From a virus (lineage: Duplodnaviria; Caudoviricetes), in the IMG/VR virus record IMGVR_UViG_3300044820_000046, positions 1 to 40,766 of that record: a DNA stretch of 40,766 nucleotides, one strand, 5' to 3'. Within the stretch, counting starts at the first letter, position 1; every line of letters starts with the position of its first letter. This document shows, piece after piece, positions 35,345 through 40,766 of the stretch. Below the pieces are notes generated by a model. The model was not told where the DNA came from, ran no database searches, and saw only the letters and a list, made by a program, of their open reading frames with translations. The translations under genes were made by a program, and so were the position numbers.

Positions 35345-35989
35345 TTATTCCTGATGAGGTTTTGGACCGCGATTGATCTTTGGCGTGCGAAGCGCCCGAT
35401 CCAAATCCCAGCCCGTTTTCAGCCTGTTTCTTAAGATTGCAGGCTTGATGCCGAAGCGCTCAGCCAACGTAAGCAGCGGAACTTTTTCGCCATCAAAAAC
35501 GACATATGTCGTGCAGTCTCTATTTCTTTGCTGCTGCGTTGGCGTCGCCCATCGGCAATTATTTGGGCTATACCCCTCATCATTGCGCTCGCGATCCAAG
35601 CTTGTCCCAGCAGGACGCTCGCCCATGTCTTGAAGGAAGCTTTCAAAGCTGTGCAGCCACCGATCGCAAACTGTTATCCCTTTCGCTCCATATCTTTGAA
35701 ACGATGGATCAGATGGATTTGTGCAGCGCTGACGCATTGAGTCCCAACTTTTAAAAGTTGGAGTTCCTGTCATGCCATGCGTGCTGATGGCTTCTCTATG
35801 GAGACAGCCACAGGACCGACTTTTCCCAGAAGTAAGGAGGCCGGTCCTTATGGGCTTTATGGTTCCGCATTTGCATTGACAAATCCAGAGCCAATATCCC
35901 TGTTCATCCCTATGAGATCTAGAGAGAACCTTTAGATAACCAAAGGTTTCCCCAGAAACGTCCAGTCTTCGCGGCTTTCTCTTTTGCAT
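35345..35989 (-). CDS. Second free-standing HNH-type homing endonuclease
   Basis: WICQCKCG, SRSCGC, HGMTGTPTF.SW..MR.RC, YGAKGITVCDRW, SLDRERNDEGYSPNNCRWAT; paralogue of 34154-34774. Confidence 0.88.
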   Translation of the reverse strand: MQKRKPRRLDVSGETFGYLKVLSRSHRDEQGYWLWICQCKCGTIKPIRTGLLTSGKSRSCGCLHREAISTHGMTGTPTFKSWDSMRQRCTNPSDPSFQRYGAKGITVCDRWLHSFESFLQDMGERPAGTSLDRERNDEGYSPNNCRWATPTQQQRNRDCTTYVVFDGEKVPLLTLAERFGIKPAILRNRLKTGWDLDRALRTPKINRGPKPHQE

Positions 35990-36026
35990 AACAAAAGAGA
36001 ATATGTGATTCGCCGATTTTTTGCAA
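35990..36026 (-). promoter_or_regulatory. Putative leaderless sigma70 promoter with a GANTC site
   Basis: TTGCAA-17-TATTCT, 8 nt before ATG, no SD; CGAATCAC in the spacer. Confidence 0.6.
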
Positions 36027-36054
36027 AGATTAGAGCCTTAAAGTCTGTTCAAAA

Positions 36055-37029
36055 TTACGAACAGACCACCCCTTGCAAACTTCTGTTGCTTGAGGTCAAG
36101 TTCCCACCCCAATATACAGGGATAACAACAGCGTCCTGATTGACCGCCGTTTTCTCGGGATCAACTACGAAGTTGCGTTCGCGGTGAGGTCTATAGTGGA
36201 AGTAGTCGGTGTTAAGCAGATAAATACGTGTCCCGGTCGTCTCGTTGGGATCATAATACATATCTGCCGTATTGTACTTGATGCCGCCAGGGAAGCCAGC
36301 GCCCGCATTACCTTGTCCGTCGCCCGTAAAGCGCTGCTGAGATTGCAGGCTTTCGAGGTAGTAGAGGTAATAGGTCAGGCCACCCACAACGAGGTCAGGC
36401 TTGTCGGTCCCACGGAGGGTCTTGTGCCAGACGAGGTTGAGAGCGTGCTGGATGGTGGTTGCAGAAGCGGTGACGCTGTTCCCGCTGAAAGAGTAATATT
36501 GGCTCTGCCACCAGGCGTTGCTGTCTTGGGCGATGCCACCAACGGTTGAAGCCGCAGTCGGCAGGTCCGGGACAAGGTACTGCAAGCCGCCAATCGAAAG
36601 GCCGCTGTTTTCGGTGTTGCTGTAGAACAGAGCCGCCGCGACGTTGTTCTGCAACGTCTTCTCGGTGGCCAGGATGCGCGACTTGATCAGGCTGAACTTG
36701 CGTTCACGCCCGTCATTCTGCATCTGTTCGAGGCCGGAGATCGTGACGTTCGCGTTCGCCTGTTTCCAGTCGAACTGAGCGGACGTGATGGTATTGGATG
36801 CAGCAATGTTAAGTTGCTGATAGCCGTTATACCACAAAAATGTACCATTTGTATTGTAAAGCAAATTTTCCAGCAGAGTATATCCGCCGTCTGCCTCGTC
36901 GGTATTCCCCTTCTCCTGAAGTCTCTTCAGTAAAGGGACGTGCTTGAGGACGTTATCAGCGAGGGTTTCCCGATAGTCAGCGAGAGTTGTACTCGTGATT
37001 TCAGTCCATGTACTATTTGGGATAGCCAC
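36055..37029 (-). CDS. Major capsid protein
   Basis: TTL..Y...LADNV....PLL..L, WYNGY..LNI, AQFDWKQ, ISGLE..QN.G, PDL, QRFT, YLLNT.Y, NQDA.V....WGGNLT.SNRSLQG; follows the scaffold. Confidence 0.92.
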   Translation of the reverse strand: MAIPNSTWTEITSTTLADYRETLADNVLKHVPLLKRLQEKGNTDEADGGYTLLENLLYNTNGTFLWYNGYQQLNIAASNTITSAQFDWKQANANVTISGLEQMQNDGRERKFSLIKSRILATEKTLQNNVAAALFYSNTENSGLSIGGLQYLVPDLPTAASTVGGIAQDSNAWWQSQYYSFSGNSVTASATTIQHALNLVWHKTLRGTDKPDLVVGGLTYYLYYLESLQSQQRFTGDGQGNAGAGFPGGIKYNTADMYYDPNETTGTRIYLLNTDYFHYRPHRERNFVVDPEKTAVNQDAVVIPVYWGGNLTSSNRSLQGVVCS

Positions 37030-37041
37030 GGGCTATTTTCC

Positions 37042-38415
37042 TTACATTCCGCGTTGTTGGAATGCGTCCCTAAGTGCTTCATCGAGCGATTTCTTCTGCA
37101 TCACCTGGGCCGGCGCGCTTCCGCTGTGTCGCGGTTTCACGCTGACGGCGCTCTTGGCGCGGGTCTTCTCAAGTTCGGCTTCTGCGGCTTTCCTAGCCTC
37201 TTCGGCGGCAGCTTTGATCTGCGCCTGGATGCTCGCCTTTGTCGTCGCCTGATGCTGCTGGCGATACTCAGGATTGGCCCACACCGCGTCTTCGTAGGCG
37301 CGCTGAAGCTTGTCCGAATAGGTCAGCTTGGCGTGTTCAGGGTTGACATTCAAATCGTTGATGATCGGCAGCATGTGCATCCACACCTTGTCGAGGTGTG
37401 GGTGTGCGAGATTGCCGCTTTCATCGACCGCGTTGCCAAAACTCTGTATGGCCGTTTGCGCGTCATTGAGGCGCGCTTGTTCGCTCTGTGCCTGACGCTG
37501 CTGCGCGCTTTGCGTGGCAGCCTGCCAGACGCCCTCTAGGGCCGCGAGTTTTTGTTGAAGCTTGGCCACTGTGGGATCGACTTGCGGCTGCCCTGCCGGG
37601 TCCGCGTCGGCCGCCTGTGGGTCTCCGAATCCTAATTGATCGGGAGAGATGCGAGCCTGCTGGATGATGTTCTTCGCGAACCCAACCGGGTCCGAAAGGT
37701 AGGCATCTTCGAGGTTCAGCAACTCCGCAAACTTCTTGCCTTCGGTGACGCCGGTCTGCTGCATCCGTTGCCGATGGTGCGGCTGGATGACGGCTTTAAC
37801 GTCCTCGGCAAGCTTTGCGTCTTCCGCGAGCTTCATCGTCTTCTTGGTGAAGCCTCCGGTAAGGTTCTTAACGAGCTTGCTTAGAGCTTTTCGAACCTCA
37901 ACAGGAGCCTCATCGAACGCTTTCCGCTCGTCGTCGTCCCATGTTTTCGGCGCAAAGGGGCCTTCCTTGTCGAGATCGACTTCGGGGGTTGCCTTCTTTG
38001 CCTGGTCGGCTTCGGCCTCTGGCTCGTCCTTGTCGGATTTATCCGTCTTTTGTGGTTTGTCGGATATTTCCGGATCGGTTTTTTCGACATCTTCCGAAGT
38101 TTCAGCCTTTTTCGCAGATTTCCCGCGTTTTTCGGCTTTATTTTCGGTGTCTTCCGGCTTTTCGGCCTTGTCGGGCGTGTCTTTTGGCCGAGCAGCCTTG
38201 GCCTCGTCCTCGCCCTTTGGTTCAGGCTTGGATTTGGCGGGCTTGCTGGCCGGAGTCTCGTCCGTTTCGCTGTGTGAACTTCTTCTATCTTTGCGTCGGT
38301 CGATAGACTTGGTTTCTGCTGATTCAATATTGGAGCGCAAGATACTGTTAAGGTCTGCGCTTGCGTCCCGAGTTTTTGGCTCGGTGCTAACGGCGTCAGA
38401 GGAAGGCTGCATCAT
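37042..38415 (-). CDS. Capsid scaffolding protein
   Basis: Charged disordered N-terminus, APKTW, GFTKK, helical core, AYEDAVWANP, C-terminal SLDEALRDAF helix; directly upstream of the MCP. Confidence 0.85.
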   Translation of the reverse strand: MMQPSSDAVSTEPKTRDASADLNSILRSNIESAETKSIDRRKDRRSSHSETDETPASKPAKSKPEPKGEDEAKAARPKDTPDKAEKPEDTENKAEKRGKSAKKAETSEDVEKTDPEISDKPQKTDKSDKDEPEAEADQAKKATPEVDLDKEGPFAPKTWDDDERKAFDEAPVEVRKALSKLVKNLTGGFTKKTMKLAEDAKLAEDVKAVIQPHHRQRMQQTGVTEGKKFAELLNLEDAYLSDPVGFAKNIIQQARISPDQLGFGDPQAADADPAGQPQVDPTVAKLQQKLAALEGVWQAATQSAQQRQAQSEQARLNDAQTAIQSFGNAVDESGNLAHPHLDKVWMHMLPIINDLNVNPEHAKLTYSDKLQRAYEDAVWANPEYRQQHQATTKASIQAQIKAAAEEARKAAEAELEKTRAKSAVSVKPRHSGSAPAQVMQKKSLDEALRDAFQQRGM

Positions 38416-38458
38416 TCTGTTTGCTCTGTTTTATTCCTGAATTATCAAGTGATTACGC

Positions 38459-38493
38459 TTCAAGCATCAGAACGAATCACGTACATTCATCGC
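38459..38493 (+). promoter_or_regulatory. Putative leaderless promoter of tnpB with a GANTC site
   Basis: TTCAAG-17-TACATT, 6 nt before ATG 38494, no SD; CGAATCAC in the spacer. Confidence 0.55.
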
Positions 38494-39681
38494 ATGATTT
38501 TGAATCGCGGATACTCTTTCCGGCTTTACGCCACCGAAGACCAGGAGCGGACTTTCGCTCAATGGACCGGAGTGTGCCGCGCGGTTTACAACGCTGCGCT
38601 GTTTCAGCGTGAGCACTTTAGCCGCAAGGGACGGTTCGTTGGTTTCCACGAGAACGCCGCAGACCTAAAGCTTTTGCGCCGAGAGTTCGATTGGATAGGG
38701 TCCGTCTCACAAACAGCAGAGATAAATGCCATTAGAGACTTGGACATTGCTTTTAAAAACTTTTTTTCTGGCCGATGCGGCTTCCCGAAGCCGCGCCGGA
38801 AGTTTCGGGACGAGAGCTTTCGCATCGAGGCGCGCGAATGCCCAGTGCGCCGGTTGAATGCGAGTTGGGGCGAAGTCCGGTTGCCGAAGATCGGCTGGAT
38901 ACGTTTCAGACAGTCCCGCGAGTTCCCCAATGGGGCAGACTTTCGCACCGTGACGGTAATCAAAATTGGCATTCACTGGCACGCATCTTTTGCTGTTCGT
39001 TTTAAGGTAAATTCCGAACCAAATTTGAAGCCTGCTATTGGGGTAGATCGCGGTGTCGCCAACTCCATCGCCCTTTCGACGGGTGAACTTGCCTCTGTGC
39101 CGATTGAGCGTCTTCGCATTTTCGACAGGCGGAACCGAAAAGCGCAACAGGAAGCCGCTCGCCGCAAGCGTGGATCGAAGCGCTATGCCAAGTCCCGCCG
39201 CCGCGCCGCCGCGTGCAAGTCCAAGGCCGCACGTATCCGCAAGCATTGGAACCACCAAGCCACCACGGCCCTTGTGAGCCGGTTTGGCGTGGTCTGCATA
39301 GAAGACCTGAAGACCTCGAACATGACCGCCAGCGCGCGCGGAACGGTCGAGGAACCGGGCCGGAACGTCCGGCAAAAAGCTGGCCTCAATCGTTCGATCT
39401 TGGAGCATGGCTGGTATCAGTTTGAAACTTTTTTGACCTACAAACTCGCCGCGTCAGGCGGCACTCTCGTCAAGGTTAACCCGCGAAACACATCACGGAC
39501 CTGTCCTATCTGCGGCTCAATCGATGCGCGCAACCGCGAAAACCAAGCTCACTTTCGCTGCATCGAATGCGGTCACGAAGCCCACGCTGACGTGAACGCG
39601 GCCATCAACATACTTCGGGCCGGAACGCGGCCCTCGGAACGGGCGAAAGTCCGATGCCGAGAATCTCGGATCGCGGCTTAG
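38494..39681 (+). CDS. tnpB: TnpB RNA-guided endonuclease (IS200/IS605 family)
   Basis: YSFRLY.T..Q, CRAVYN.AL, FPKPR, LPKIGWI; RuvC IGVDRG / CIEDL / HADVNAA; zinc finger CPICG...CIECG. Confidence 0.95.
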   Translation: MILNRGYSFRLYATEDQERTFAQWTGVCRAVYNAALFQREHFSRKGRFVGFHENAADLKLLRREFDWIGSVSQTAEINAIRDLDIAFKNFFSGRCGFPKPRRKFRDESFRIEARECPVRRLNASWGEVRLPKIGWIRFRQSREFPNGADFRTVTVIKIGIHWHASFAVRFKVNSEPNLKPAIGVDRGVANSIALSTGELASVPIERLRIFDRRNRKAQQEAARRKRGSKRYAKSRRRAAACKSKAARIRKHWNHQATTALVSRFGVVCIEDLKTSNMTASARGTVEEPGRNVRQKAGLNRSILEHGWYQFETFLTYKLAASGGTLVKVNPRNTSRTCPICGSIDARNRENQAHFRCIECGHEAHADVNAAINILRAGTRPSERAKVRCRESRIAA

Positions 39682-39744
39682 CAATTCGAAAAAATCCCAT
39701 CTTAAAATCATGGGAAGACGTTAACCGTTTCGCTTGGTTTATCT
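39560..39744 (+). ncRNA. Putative omega/reRNA of TnpB with a 3' guide starting near 39725
   Basis: Hairpins GGGCCG/CGGCCC, GGGCGAAAGTCC, CCGAGAATCTCGG and TCCCAT/ATGGGA overlap the tnpB 3' end; 5' boundary is a guess. Confidence 0.55.
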
Positions 39745-39771
39745 TCGAGCTATTCACCAAACTTCGACCGC

Positions 39772-40011
39772 TCAGCGCGGAATACTCCAGCGCTCATCGA
39801 GCGGATTCCAGTCCTTACGCGCCTGGTTCAAAAGCGTCTGTCGCGCCGCCTTGATGCGGGCTTCGACGGTGATTTCGTCGTCGCTCTCGAATGTGATAAA
39901 GGCGTCGTGATCGCCGAGCCGCACCGGAACGCGGCCCTTGAACACGCCGCCAACCTGCCTACGGATCTCGTCTTCGATCGCCGCGTTACTTAGTCGCCAA
40001 ACTTCGACCAT
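39772..40011 (-). CDS. Hypothetical protein (79 aa)
   Basis: Globular-looking ORF filling the gap; flanked by a 13-bp direct repeat. Confidence 0.6.
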   Translation of the reverse strand: MVEVWRLSNAAIEDEIRRQVGGVFKGRVPVRLGDHDAFITFESDDEITVEARIKAARQTLLNQARKDWNPLDERWSIPR

Positions 40012-40364
40012 TCAAAATTTACCCCCGGCGTCGGCTCAGCCAAACGCTTCTGATGCTCCTTGGTGATATGATCCGTCCACGCCTTCGGATCGCACTCGCC
40101 GCACTGCCGAACGCCGTGCCTGCGGTTGTGCGCGGCGAGTTGGCTGCGGCTCGTGATGAACGTGCCATCGACCGGCGACTTGAATCCGCCCTCGGGGTAT
40201 ACGCTAGACAGGTCGCCCATCACGCGCGGCGAGGGGAGATCGGAGCGCTGGCCCTGGAAGTGTTGCTTCTGTGCGCTGTGCAAATCGCGCCAACGGCGCA
40301 AATGGGCTTGGCTGTCTTTCGATTTCAAGAAGGACAGGTCAAGGCCGGACATTGAAATAGCCAT
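39990..40364 (-). CDS. Conserved head-module protein found upstream of scaffold genes
   Basis: P.VMGDL......FKSPVDGTFITSRSQLAAHNRRHG..QCGE; start at ATG 40364 is my choice. Confidence 0.78.
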   Translation of the reverse strand: MAISMSGLDLSFLKSKDSQAHLRRWRDLHSAQKQHFQGQRSDLPSPRVMGDLSSVYPEGGFKSPVDGTFITSRSQLAAHNRRHGVRQCGECDPKAWTDHITKEHQKRLAEPTPGVNFEWSKFGD

Positions 40365-40532
40365 TATTGTTGAGCCACAAGCTGTTGCTGTCGCGCCAAG
40401 TTTTTCGCGCGCCCTGCTTCGCAAAAAAGTTTGAAATCCTCTTCGGTGCAGAAAACTTCAATTAAGCGCGGTCGGCCATTCTCGATTACATTCACAGCGC
40501 GCCACGCTTTCATTATTGCATCACGCCTGCGC

Positions 40533-40766
40533 CTATGCGGCAAGTCGTGTTAATGTCCTAGCCACTATCTGCATCAACGCAGTTCTACCCGCGTCGATGG
40601 GATGTGTCTTGTCACCGCTAGCGTAAAATCCATTTGCGACATAGGCTGCGGCTGTAGCGTCAGTGTAATCCGATGTATGCCACGGAGATCCCGAAACCCG
40701 GATATCAGCGCACGCCACGCACCCCATAGATCGATATTCTGTGGAGTGATAGGCGTTTACTGTGTC
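40533..40766 (-). CDS. C-terminal part of an SGNH/GDSL hydrolase-domain protein (partial)
   Basis: Frame open to the right edge; VNAY...ADI...GDKTHPIDAG (DxxHP block V). Confidence 0.65.
   Translation of the reverse strand, partial: DTVNAYHSTEYRSMGCVACADIRVSGSPWHTSDYTDATAAAYVANGFYASGDKTHPIDAGRTALMQIVARTLTRLAA

Larger units (their letters stand above)
38430..39724 (+). mobile_element. tnpB-only IS200/IS605-derived element (IS1341-like), no tnpA
   Basis: Right-end-like TCCCAT...ATGGGA hairpin then AGACGTTAA (cf. the usual GGAGGATGTCAA); left boundary uncertain. Confidence 0.6.

Noticed and set aside
34154-35989. Group I introns housing the HNH genes
   Set aside because: The flanking genes are complete with their own starts and stops, and the intergenic gaps are too short for a ribozyme core.
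38494-39681. TnpB as Cas12f or a catalytically dead TldR
   Set aside because: No CRISPR array; all three RuvC acidic residues are present.

Overview
About 41 kb of a tailed phage genome with podovirus-type virion genes. The host is probably an alphaproteobacterium, inferred from the FtsK motor sequence and GANTC/GcrA-type promoter motifs. The right ~33 kb is mostly a minus-strand late region. In transcription order it holds: a partial SGNH gene, small head genes, an antisense stand-alone tnpB, scaffold, major capsid, HNH, decoration protein, HNH, a GT/MptE-like/FkbM triple fusion, adaptor, tail nozzle, GNAT, ejection proteins (one a 1733-aa polyvalent protein), several fibres/spikes and the lysis genes. 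Terminase and portal are not in the window. The left ~7.5 kb suggests a phage-plasmid and is the best candidate for an undescribed system. It has a ParA + RHH partition pair flanked by 8-bp-periodic CTAG arrays, an FtsK motor grafted between a dead RepB'-type primase domain and a non-gamma winged helix, and a 4-TM coiled-coil protein ending in a P4/D5-type winged helix followed directly by an iteron-like repeat cluster. All protein family calls are by eye from motifs; no searches were run.
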